52,744 nucleotides of DNA from an uncultured Akkermansia sp. (GTDB lineage Bacteria; Verrucomicrobiota; Verrucomicrobiia; Verrucomicrobiales; Akkermansiaceae): the NCBI GenBank assembly GCA_964371905.1, contig CAYJOV010000003.1, forward strand, positions 2,140 to 54,883. The letters are read 5' to 3'. The notes under the pieces were generated by a model. The model was given only the letters and a program-made list of their open reading frames with translations, was not told the origin of the DNA and searched no databases. Of the stretch, positions 37,813 to 46,973 are shown piece after piece. How positions within the stretch are numbered: the stretch's first letter is position 1; every line of letters starts with the position of its first letter. The translations under genes and the position numbers were made by a program.

Positions 37813-39993
37813 CTACTTTTTCGCCTTTCTATTCTTTTTCCTCTGCTCTGTGGGCGGTGCACTGGGAGTCAGGATGGTCGTCAGCGGGGTGATCACCGAT
37901 ACGGAGGCATTCACCTGATTGCGCTTGCCGCCGACGCGCCCCTTGATGGTCTTGGCCTCGACCATGGCCACAAAGTGGATGACCACAGGGATATTGCTCT
38001 TGCGCCAGCGATCGCAGGAGAGCATCACGCTCACTTCCTCATCCTCAGGTCCTGCCGTGACGAAGGAGGACTTGATCCACTTCGGTCCCTTGTAGGTGAT
38101 TTGCACAGGCTTGACAAAGCCCTTCTCGCGGATGATACGTAGGCGGATGGGGACAGCCTCCTTCGCCTTGAGCTGCACCGTCCTCGGTGGATCGACGATC
38201 TCCACACGGAAGGGGGCGGGCTCGGTGACATCCACGCGGAACTCCTCGATGGGCAGCAAATGCGTGATGAAGAAGGCCTGCATCATCTCCTCCGCGGGTG
38301 CCGCCTCGCGCACCAGCTTGTCGCGACTGCTCGTGACACCCGTCCCTTGCAGCACAAAGTCTATAGGACCTGGCTTGCTACCGGGGGGAGCTGTGATACA
38401 CATCTTCACCATCTTGGTACCGCCGCGCAGCGTCCCTTGGCTGAGCACAAAGCCCTTGGGCATTTTCTTGGCACTCAGGATGATGGGGCGGCGGAAGCCA
38501 TTGATGCGCACAGGGTAGACGGTGAAGTGCGCTGTGCCCCCGCTGGGGATGGAGATGGCCGAGGGGCTCATGCTCAGGGAAAAGTCCTCCTCACTGTTGT
38601 AATAGCGTAGACGGTAGCTGTAGTCCTCGCCGTACTTGTTTTGCACATCGGTGAGTCGCAGGTAGTAGGTGGCCGTCTCAGGGACGGTGAAGCTGAGCTG
38701 CGCGTCCGCGTGATGCGTGATCAGCCCCTCGCGTGCATCCTCCACATCATCGGAGCGCGCGAGCTGCTTTCCTGCCTCATCATAGAGGCGCAAATCCGCA
38801 TCCAGCGGTGAGCCGAGGCGGCGCGAGAGGACGTCGAATTTGAGCTTCTCGCCCTTCTTGAGCTGCACGCTGAACCAGTCTTGATCGTAGTCGTGCATGA
38901 TGCGCTCATTGTACACCTCTCCCTCTCTGAGCCGCACGGCACTCTTCTTGCTATCTCCTGCGTCTTTGTAGGCGACGATCTCTTTGTCCTCTGAGACTTC
39001 AAGCTGTACTTCGTTGGCATGGAGTCCATCCTCACCCTTGATGGCTACAGTCTTGCGACCGGGGACATCAGAAGCGGTGAATTGGCGATTCTTCTTCTTG
39101 AGATTCACGCCCATGAGCTGCAGCTTCACGGGCTGTCCCGCGCGCGCGCCTAGGGGGAAGACCGAGCTCACATGCGGGATCTCGCCCAGCGCGATGCGGT
39201 AGACAAAGTCCTCGCGCCCACGGTAGATACAATCCTTGATCTCCAAGTAATAATCACCGTCTGCGGGAACCTTGTAGATGATGGTGGGGTCGGGGCGCAG
39301 CTTGTAATCATCGGAGAAAGCGACCTCGCGCCCCTGCGCATCGTAGAGGGTCATGACGGGCTGGAACCAGCCGGGGACGGCATCCGCGAGGAAGGGCACG
39401 AGCTGCTGGGCCTTCACCGCAGCGACGAGCTGCTGCCCTTTTTGCGCGGAGAAGCGAAACCAGTCGCGCCCCCCGCGCTCCACCTGCCCATTGAGCACGG
39501 CGGGGAGCTGGGGTACGGGTGTCGCCTCTGCCAAGCTCCCGTTGGGCTCCCGCTCCAAGGCATTGGGGAATTGCCCGACCTCAAAGTAGAGGCGATTCGA
39601 CACCGTGCCTCGCGCTCCCTCGACCTTGATGTCGCGCAGGCCTATCTCGGCATCCTCGGCGATGCTGAGACGCACGCGGAGGCGATCGGCTATTTGCAGG
39701 TTATCCTCATCCGTGATCGTCTGCCTTTTCTTTCCGCGTCGCTTTTTCTTCTTGGGTGCATTGGGGTCGACGAGGGGAGGGAGGATCTCGGCAGTGATAC
39801 CCTCGCCGCTGACGAGCACACGCTTCGCGTTGGCGATTTTTTGCCCGCCCAGCGTGACGATGACGCTATCCCCCTTCGCGCCGCCTGTGGGGTAGGCGTA
39901 GCCTATGTAGGTCTTCTGCCCTTGGGCATGGCAAAGAGCCGCGAGGGCACATAAGAGCGTGGCTGCGCGTGCGGCGAGACGCGCTAGATTCAT
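37813..39993 (-). CDS. Exported PPC-domain (pre-peptidase C-terminal-like) repeat protein of the PVC DUF1501 cluster
   Basis: Signal peptide, YAYPTGG, EREPNG, DWFRF, repeated LYD..G..LA.SDD PPC-like units, YRGREDFVYRI. Confidence 0.82.
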   Translation of the reverse strand: MNLARLAARAATLLCALAALCHAQGQKTYIGYAYPTGGAKGDSVIVTLGGQKIANAKRVLVSGEGITAEILPPLVDPNAPKKKKRRGKKRQTITDEDNLQIADRLRVRLSIAEDAEIGLRDIKVEGARGTVSNRLYFEVGQFPNALEREPNGSLAEATPVPQLPAVLNGQVERGGRDWFRFSAQKGQQLVAAVKAQQLVPFLADAVPGWFQPVMTLYDAQGREVAFSDDYKLRPDPTIIYKVPADGDYYLEIKDCIYRGREDFVYRIALGEIPHVSSVFPLGARAGQPVKLQLMGVNLKKKNRQFTASDVPGRKTVAIKGEDGLHANEVQLEVSEDKEIVAYKDAGDSKKSAVRLREGEVYNERIMHDYDQDWFSVQLKKGEKLKFDVLSRRLGSPLDADLRLYDEAGKQLARSDDVEDAREGLITHHADAQLSFTVPETATYYLRLTDVQNKYGEDYSYRLRYYNSEEDFSLSMSPSAISIPSGGTAHFTVYPVRINGFRRPIILSAKKMPKGFVLSQGTLRGGTKMVKMCITAPPGSKPGPIDFVLQGTGVTSSRDKLVREAAPAEEMMQAFFITHLLPIEEFRVDVTEPAPFRVEIVDPPRTVQLKAKEAVPIRLRIIREKGFVKPVQITYKGPKWIKSSFVTAGPEDEEVSVMLSCDRWRKSNIPVVIHFVAMVEAKTIKGRVGGKRNQVNASVSVITPLTTILTPSAPPTEQRKKNRKAKK

Positions 39994-41342
39994 GCGAGCT
40001 CTCCTTCCTCTTCTTCGACGTAGAGCTCACGCAGCAGGCCGGCGCTCTGGTCGGCCTCAAAGAGTGAGGGGAGAATGGGGAGATCCCCATGGAGCGGGTG
40101 CTTGAACTTCTGATAAGGATCAATGCCCATGAGCTCATAGACGCTTCCGATCAGGTCGGCGGGGTAGACGGGACGCTCGACGACGGTCTCGCCGCGCGCG
40201 TCTGTCTTGCCGATGACCTGCCCGCTCTTGAAGCCCCCGCCCGCGACGAGGTAGCTAAAGGCGGGACCAAAGTGATTGCGCCCCCCATTCCACGGCGGCG
40301 CCCAGAGGATCTGAGGCGTGCGGCCAAATTCCCCACCGCAGAGCACGATGGTGCTCTCGAGCAGCCCCTTCTCGTCCAGATCCTTGATGAGTGTTGCCAG
40401 CCCCTGATCCAGCGTGCCGAGTCGCTGATTCATGCGCTTGAAGTGCTCCTTGTGCGTATCCCAGCCATGGTAGGTCACGCCGACGACGGGAACACCGTAC
40501 TCGACGAGGCGGCGAGCGGCGAGGCAGGATTGTCCAAAGTCGTTCATGCCGTATTTCTCGCGTAGCTCAGAGTCTTCTAGATTGAGATTGAACACATCGC
40601 GGCTCTTGCCCAGCAGCATCTCAAAGTTCTCATCCTGGAGGCGACCCAGCGTGTTGACCTCCTCATTGTCTTGGATGTCTTGGAATTCGCAGACCGTGTC
40701 GAGGAGGGCTTGCTTGCTGGTGAGCTGGTGATCATTGACCATGCGGTTGATGATGCCCTCGACCTCAAAGATAGAGGCCTCGGGCTTGCCATTCGTATTG
40801 AGCGGCTTGTAGACTGAGCCCAAGAAGCCGCCCTCGTTGAATCGCGTGGCGGGGCGCACGAGGTTGATGTAGGGGGGCAGCATGCCGTTGTAGGCGGAGG
40901 GATTCAGGTAGGAGATCATCGAGCCAAAGGAGGGGTAGACCACCTTGCCCTTGGTCATATCACCCGTGTACATGAGGTACTGTCCAATCTCGTGAGCATT
41001 GGAGTTGTGCGTCATGCCGCGTATGATGGAGTACTTGTCGGCGATGCTGGCGAGCTGCTTGAGATTCTCGTTGACGTCGAGCAGCGGGTTGTTGGTCTTG
41101 ATGGGCTGCTTGTAGATACCGCTGATGTCGCGCCCCGCAGCGGGTTTAGGGTCGAAGGTATCGGTGTGCGAAGGACCGCCGGCGAGGAAGACAAAGATGA
41201 CGCTCTTGGCCGTCTTGCTGGGGATCTGCGCCTTGGGGCTGTCTGTGCTCTCGCTCTCGCGCTCATTCTTGGCGACGGCGGGGGCGATGGCGGCACTAGC
41301 GATGCTGGCGGCTGCGAGTTTGAGGAATTGTTTGCGATCCAT
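39990..41342 (-). CDS. DUF1501 domain protein with Tat-like signal
   Basis: MDRKQFLK signal, AKSVIFVFLAGGPSHTDTFDPKP, FGQSCLAARRLVE, WDTH, GEFGRTP, GRNH. Confidence 0.92.
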   Translation of the reverse strand: MDRKQFLKLAAASIASAAIAPAVAKNERESESTDSPKAQIPSKTAKSVIFVFLAGGPSHTDTFDPKPAAGRDISGIYKQPIKTNNPLLDVNENLKQLASIADKYSIIRGMTHNSNAHEIGQYLMYTGDMTKGKVVYPSFGSMISYLNPSAYNGMLPPYINLVRPATRFNEGGFLGSVYKPLNTNGKPEASIFEVEGIINRMVNDHQLTSKQALLDTVCEFQDIQDNEEVNTLGRLQDENFEMLLGKSRDVFNLNLEDSELREKYGMNDFGQSCLAARRLVEYGVPVVGVTYHGWDTHKEHFKRMNQRLGTLDQGLATLIKDLDEKGLLESTIVLCGGEFGRTPQILWAPPWNGGRNHFGPAFSYLVAGGGFKSGQVIGKTDARGETVVERPVYPADLIGSVYELMGIDPYQKFKHPLHGDLPILPSLFEADQSAGLLRELYVEEEEGELA

Positions 41343-41360
41343 GAGGTGGGGGAGGGATGA

Positions 41361-42989
41361 TCAGTGGTTAAAGAGGAATTCGGGGCTGTTGAACAGTGCC
41401 CAGATGAGCAGTTGGGCGGCTTTGCTGGGGTCGCTCTGCGCGGAGAGCTTCTGGGTGAGGGAGGTGATCTCTTCGGGCTTGGCAGGGCGTCCCAGCATCA
41501 TGAGGTAGATGCGCTCGATGAGCTGGGTGCGATCCTTTGCCTCGCTGGCGAAGGTGGCGAGCTTGGTACTCTGCGCCAGCTTGCTGAGCACGGAGGCGGA
41601 GTTGAGCATGTAGAGCACCTGCTTGGCGTTGAGATTATTATTGCGATCACTCTCCAATGAGACATCGCGGGAGGGGCGACCAAAGAGCTCGAGCTGGGGT
41701 GTGCCCACCGAGCCGTCTTCGAGCTGCACGGCGCGTATGTCGGAGGGGTAGTAGGAGTAGGGCTAGGGTACCTTGCTCGTGTAGGTGTCAAAGATACCTG
41801 TGATGTCGCCGAGTGCATCGACGAGCTGCTCGGCGGTGAGACGCTGCGTGGGGTAGTAGGCAAAGCGCTGGAGCGCGCGCTGTTTCTCCTTCTCCTTGCC
41901 CTCGTAGCGCGAGCTACGCGCGAAGCTATCGGAGAGCACGATATTTCTCATGAGTGCGCGCAGGTCGTAACCCGAGGCGATGAAGTCTTGTTCGAGCGCA
42001 TCGAGCAGCTTTGCATTGACGGGTTTGTTCTCCTTGCGCATATCGTCGACGGGGTTGACAATGCCCTGACCCATGAGCCAAAACCAAGCGCGATTCACCA
42101 TCGCACGGGCGAAGGCGCGATTCACCTTCTTGTCGCGCGTGCCGACGAGCCAGCGGGCGAGGGTGCGTCGCTGGTCGCGTGACGCGTCGAGCTTCAGCGT
42201 GGTTCCATCGGGCAGCGTGGCTTTCTTTTCCTTGAGCGGGCTGTCGAGGTCGATGTAGACGATCTCTTCCTTCCACTCGCGGGTGCTCTTGTAGCGTAGC
42301 TGGGTGAAGAAGTGGCTCATGCCCACGGGGGCTTTGCGTAGACCGAGGAAGAGCAGCGCCACATTGTCCGCGATGAGCTGGGGGTCGCGCTTTTGAAAGG
42401 CTCGGTAAAAGTTCACCGCAGGGCTGCGAAAATTGCTCCCTGTGCTCGTGAGCAGCTCATAGACCATCTCATCGTAGGGGCGATTCGTCTGGATCTGCTC
42501 GCGCACCCAGCGCGCGTAGGCCTGCACGCCATTGGGCCATATATTGCTGGGGAACTCCGCCTTGATGCGCAGCAGATCTCCCCACTTGAGAACTTGATAA
42601 TCGACGAAGGCCGTGCCACTCATCAAGCGATCCACGAGCTTTTCACGCTTCGCGGCATCCTTGTCCGCGATGAAGCTCTCCGCCTCCTGCCAGCTCGGCA
42701 GTCGTCCCGTCAGCAGCAGCGATACGCGGCGATGGTAGGTGGCGTCATCACAGAGAGGTGCAGGCGTGATGCCCTGCGAGCGCAGCTGATCGACGATGAT
42801 CTTGTCCCACGTGGCCGCGCGTCCTGTGGAGGTGATGAGCTCGGCAGCCTGCGCGCCAGCGGCGGGACTCCCCGTAGAGAGTGTGGCTGAAGGGGAAGAA
42901 AGATAAGCATAGCCAGCCAGCCCTCCAACGATAGTCAGAGTGCCGAGTGTGCCCATCCAAAAGCGGTGGCGTCGTCGTTTGGGTCTCAT
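41361..42989 (-). pseudogene. DUF1549 (PSCyt2)/DUF1553 (PSD1) protein interrupted by one in-frame TAG at 41763-41765 (pseudogene, readthrough or sequence error)
   Basis: RRVSLLLTGRLP, KREKLVDRL, NRPYDEMV, FARAMVNRAWFWLMGQGIV, YDLRALMRNIVLS, RLTAEQLVDA; the frame continues SKVP*PYSYYPSDIRAVQLEDGS...LFGRP...IWALFNSPEFLFNH. Confidence 0.85.
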
Positions 42990-43101
42990 GGAGAAAAGCC
43001 TTTCTGCGTGTCACCCCCGAGAGGCCGTGTTGCCGCGACGAGAGCTCCACTTATTAGTACGTATCACACATGGGCATTTCTACACATTTTCTAGCAAAAA
43101 G

Positions 43102-45162
43102 TCATAAAAAAAGCTTGATGAGCTCCCAAAAATGCCTCCCGATGCTGAAAACGAGCAGCCCAGAGATCAGCAAACTCAATGCACCCAAGAACACCGCCAC
43201 CAAGATACGCCCACTCATCGCAAAGAAACTCATGTGCGGTGGCTCGATGCAGTCTCGCAGCACGTTTCTTTCATCCGCGTAGCGGGATCCCAGCTGCTCA
43301 TAGAGCTCGAGGCTGCGCATCCACGCGAGTCTCGCGCCCTGATCGTTTTTACGCCCTTTTTCGAGGTATCCTAGCTGCATGTAGCAGGTAGCGAGATACT
43401 CAAGGCTGGACCTATCCCCAGACTCAAGCAGCTGCTCCACGCGCTCGCAGCTGCGCCGCAGCACGCGGATAGCCTCTTCTGGCTGCTTGCCCTCCGCGTA
43501 GGCTGCTGCCAGATTGTACATGCTGGACCTCCACGACACGAGATCGAGATCTTGGCGTATCTGGCAGGCTTGCTGCAAGAGGAGGATAGCCTTCTGGGGC
43601 TTCTTGCTGAGGGAGTAGAGAATCCCCAATGTATCCAGCACCATGGCGAGCTCCGTGGGCGGGGGCTCGGGAAGCGACTCGAGCATCTGCTGGCTGCGCA
43701 GCAGCAGCGTCTCTGCCTTGCTGTACTTCCCTAGCTTGATGTGGTGATCGGCGAGGTTGTAGAGACTCATCGCCCAATAGGGCTGAATCGCCGCCTCCTC
43801 TGTCGCCGCCAGCCTCTCGTAGAGAGCTATGCCGCGCTCGTAGATCTTCTCCGTCTTGAGTGGCTTGTCCATCTCATCGAGCAGATTGCCCAGCAGGATG
43901 AGCGTTGCCGCCTGATCAGCGAGAAAATCGAGATTGTCCTCCTCGCGCGAGCAGAGTGTCTCATGCAGCGCAAGGGCGCGCTGGTAGCTCTTCTCTGCCC
44001 AGGTCAGCTTTTTACAGAGCTTCTGCACGTGAGCCAAGGCCTTGACAAAGCGCAGCTCGTCCTCGCTGTTCTCAAGGCCCGATGCACGCTGCTGCTCGAC
44101 GAGCTGTAGGCAGGCGAGGTAGTGCTTCTCAGCATCCCCAAAGCGCTCTCTGGCGCAGGCGAGCTCTGCTAGCTCATCGTTGATGATGAGTAGCTGGGCT
44201 ACATGTGCCTCCGCGTCTTGCTGGGAGAGCTCCTCATAGAGCTTGAGAGAGCCTGTGTAGCATTCTAGTGCCTTGTCATATTGATCTATCTCTCTGTAGA
44301 AGTATCCCAGATTCCTCAAGGCATCTGCTAGATCCGCACGCTGCGCCTCAAGAGCGCGATAGTACTCCACGGCACGCCTCCCATGCTGGATAGCAAGAGC
44401 GATGCGCGAGCAGTGACGGCAGATCAGGGCGCAATTGAACTGCATCTTTGCCAACATGTGAGTCTCCACAGGGTAGACCTCCGCTCGGGCAAAAAACTCC
44501 CTATAGCATTCATAAGTAAGCTCCAGCCGCTGCTCCAAGGGGCGCGAGCCCTCCAGCGGACTGAGATCCACCGAGAGGATGAGCTCCCCCGTCGCCTGAC
44601 CGCGCAGCTCCCCGAGGCTTGCGAGGGCCTCCTTGATGCGCCCCGCATCTGCCAAGCGCATCGCCTGCGCGGCTCGTGCGCTGCGGCTCTGCCCGCGCAG
44701 AGAGGCCAGCTTCATCGACTGCATCAGCGCCATCAGCACCTCGTCTAGGGACGTACGATCTATCTGAGCCAGAAAGGGAAGATCCCGCATGGGGATGCGC
44801 GACTCACCGAGTAGCAAATCATCTCCATCAATCGTCGTCTGGCAGACATTATTCGCACAATCCAGTGCAATGTGCAGCTGCTCAACGACGAGGTAGAGCA
44901 GGTGGGCTTCATTCGCAAAGTGGGCATGTGCCTTTGTATTCTCCTCGCTAGGAGGGCAAAAGAGCAGCGTGGACTCGCCCTCACTCCATGACAGTCTCAA
45001 GCCCGCCTCCGAGGCTGTCTCACAGCGGAGGGCAAAATCCGCCTCGCCAAACACGCCCTGCCCCCGCATCGCCTCCAAGGACTCAATCACGCGATGCGCC
45101 AGATCGTGATACGACTCTGACACAGAAAATATTAATCTAGGAGGGGCTGTGTTTGCATTCAT
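43102..45162 (-). CDS. Tetratricopeptide-repeat protein with C-terminal TM anchor
   Basis: Repeated TPR-like units (LADALRNLGYFY, SLYNLADHH, LDTLGILY, SMYNLAAAY); hydrophobic C-terminus. Confidence 0.85.
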   Translation of the reverse strand: MNANTAPPRLIFSVSESYHDLAHRVIESLEAMRGQGVFGEADFALRCETASEAGLRLSWSEGESTLLFCPPSEENTKAHAHFANEAHLLYLVVEQLHIALDCANNVCQTTIDGDDLLLGESRIPMRDLPFLAQIDRTSLDEVLMALMQSMKLASLRGQSRSARAAQAMRLADAGRIKEALASLGELRGQATGELILSVDLSPLEGSRPLEQRLELTYECYREFFARAEVYPVETHMLAKMQFNCALICRHCSRIALAIQHGRRAVEYYRALEAQRADLADALRNLGYFYREIDQYDKALECYTGSLKLYEELSQQDAEAHVAQLLIINDELAELACARERFGDAEKHYLACLQLVEQQRASGLENSEDELRFVKALAHVQKLCKKLTWAEKSYQRALALHETLCSREEDNLDFLADQAATLILLGNLLDEMDKPLKTEKIYERGIALYERLAATEEAAIQPYWAMSLYNLADHHIKLGKYSKAETLLLRSQQMLESLPEPPPTELAMVLDTLGILYSLSKKPQKAILLLQQACQIRQDLDLVSWRSSMYNLAAAYAEGKQPEEAIRVLRRSCERVEQLLESGDRSSLEYLATCYMQLGYLEKGRKNDQGARLAWMRSLELYEQLGSRYADERNVLRDCIEPPHMSFFAMSGRILVAVFLGALSLLISGLLVFSIGRHFWELIKLFL

Positions 45163-45244
45163 GACCCCTACACTCTATCACAATGCCGCTCAGTCTGCAA
45201 GCAAATGTGCACCTCCTCGCTGCGCGCTCTCAGGGCACAAAAAA

Positions 45245-45272
45245 CGCGGAGTTTCATGAAGAAAACTCCGCG
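45245..45272 (-). terminator. Terminator of HU/IHF paralog 2
   Basis: CGCGGAGTTT...AAACTCCGCG followed by a T tract on the minus strand. Confidence 0.75.
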
Positions 45273-45295
45273 AATAGATAGTTAATTTATCGTTA

Positions 45296-45595
45296 CTATA
45301 GTTTTGCGACACTCTCTTTGAGCTCTTTGCCCACTTTGAATTTCACAACCATTCTCGCAGGAATGGGGACATCCTTTCCTGGGTTTTTGGGATTGCGACC
45401 GACCTTGGCCTTGACTTCCTTGACGTGCAGGGTGCCAAAATTGCGTAGGACGACGCGATTTCCCTTACTGAGTGTTTCCGCGATGATGTCAATGGTGCGT
45501 TGGACAACATCGTGTACCTCACCTTGGGTGAGATCAGCTGGACTTTCTGCGCTGATGCGGTTAATAAGATCTCGTTTTGTTAATGTAGTTGCCAT
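45296..45595 (-). CDS. HU/IHF family DNA-binding protein (paralog 2)
   Basis: TKRDLI, VVLRNFGTL, VGRNPKNPG..VPIPAR.VVKFKVGKELK. Confidence 0.92.
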   Translation of the reverse strand: MATTLTKRDLINRISAESPADLTQGEVHDVVQRTIDIIAETLSKGNRVVLRNFGTLHVKEVKAKVGRNPKNPGKDVPIPARMVVKFKVGKELKESVAKL

Positions 45596-45773
45596 AATGG
45601 TAGGAGGGCTTCTTTAGATAAAAGCCAAGTCCTGTATACCCTTTTTTTAAAGCTTTGTCTCTATCAATTTTTAATTTTTGGTAAGTTTCTTCGTCATGAT
45701 AATGAGAGACATATGACAAAATGCAAATTTTTTATTGACCTCAATTAAAACTTTCGCCAAACTCTCAATTCAT

Positions 45774-46724
45774 ATGAGAAGTCAATACAGCTGCATTTTA
45801 AGTAAAGATCAAGCACAGAAACTCAAAGAATTGCTTGAAGACGATTCTAGCTTTGAGAGTTGCGAGCGTGAATACGCGATGTATTGTTTTGTAAAACAAA
45901 AGGTTAACATTGCATATTTTGAAAAACGCTCAAAGCTTTTGTTGCAAGGTGCGGGCACGGATGAGTTCATCGAGTTCATTCTCGAGCCCAAAATAACAGG
46001 AATTCTTGATGATTGCGGGGGGAAAACGAGCTCTGAATGCCCTAAGGGCTTGTCCACAGACGCCGCGGGGATGAGCGAAGCCCATTTTGGCATAGATGAG
46101 AGTGGCAAGGGGGATTACTTCGGCCCGCTTGTGATTGCAGGTGTCTATACAGACCACGCCCTCTCATGGGAGCTGAAGAAGCTCGGGTGCTGTGATAGTA
46201 AGACGATTAAGAGTGATGCTCAGATACAGAAAATCGCGACCGCTATTCGCAATCTGCCCAACATTGCCTACGAAGTCGTCTGCATTGGCCCCCAGCGCTA
46301 CAACGAAATGTATGAGGAAATAGGAAATCTCAATCGCCTCCTCGCATGGGGTCATGCACGCGTGATAGCCAGTCTGCATCAACAAATTCCGAGCTGTCCA
46401 CGCGCACTCAGTGACCAATTCGCCAATGAGTGGGTTCTCAAGCGCGCGCTCAAGCAGCGAGCTATCCCTATACAACTCGAACAACGCACCAAGGCTGAAA
46501 GCGATATTGCGGTCGCCGCCGCCTCCATTCTCGCACGAGCTCGTTTTACAAGCTGGATGCGCGACGCATCGGAGGCTGCAGACGAAAAACTGCCCCTCGG
46601 CTGCGCTCCCCACGTGGTGAAGGCGGGAAAGAAGCTCGTCAAGCGATACGGCGCGGAGAAGCTGCGCGATGTCGCCAAGCTGCACTTCAAGACCACCGCG
46701 CAAATCACGGGGCTTCTCTCTTAA
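45774..46724 (+). CDS. rnhC: Ribonuclease HIII
   Basis: N-terminal TBP-like domain (KLLLQG), GIDESGKGDYFGPLV, DSK, SDQF, KAESDIAVAAASILAR, KLHFKT. Confidence 0.93.
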   Translation: MRSQYSCILSKDQAQKLKELLEDDSSFESCEREYAMYCFVKQKVNIAYFEKRSKLLLQGAGTDEFIEFILEPKITGILDDCGGKTSSECPKGLSTDAAGMSEAHFGIDESGKGDYFGPLVIAGVYTDHALSWELKKLGCCDSKTIKSDAQIQKIATAIRNLPNIAYEVVCIGPQRYNEMYEEIGNLNRLLAWGHARVIASLHQQIPSCPRALSDQFANEWVLKRALKQRAIPIQLEQRTKAESDIAVAAASILARARFTSWMRDASEAADEKLPLGCAPHVVKAGKKLVKRYGAEKLRDVAKLHFKTTAQITGLLS

Positions 46725-46909
46725 GGGTGCTTCTAAATTCTTGTCATTCTAAATAAGAAAATCCAATAAATCACTTCACGAGGCATCTATTGAGCGCTTT
46801 TCGTCTGAATTTGCTTCGAATTCTCGTCTAAGAGGATACTCTGAGCCATCAATTCGAAGCAAATTCAGCTCGAAAATCATCTCAAAATATTGCCTCGCGA
46901 GAAGCCCCC
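46725..46909 (+). repeat. Palindromic MITE/REPIN-like element, copy 2
   Basis: Similar to 28412..28604; perfect 18-bp internal arm CTGAATTTGCTTCGAATT / AATTCGAAGCAAATTCAG; TTAA on both flanks. Confidence 0.8.
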
Positions 46910-46913
46910 TTAA

Positions 46914-46953
46914 AAACGCAGCGAGCAAGCCCATGGGCTTGCTCGCTGCGTTT
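46914..46953. terminator. Bidirectional terminator
   Basis: AAACGCAGCGAGCAAGCCCATGGGCTTGCTCGCTGCGTTT perfect palindrome between convergent genes. Confidence 0.8.
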
Positions 46954-46973
46954 GAATAGTACGACCAGTCCTG

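Noticed and set aside
28412..46909. The two repeats as ends of a composite transposon, or as a CRISPR array
   Set aside because: They are diverged, each is self-contained with its own TIRs, and they enclose core genes such as mfd and pdxA. There is no transposase, no cas gene and no repeat-spacer periodicity.
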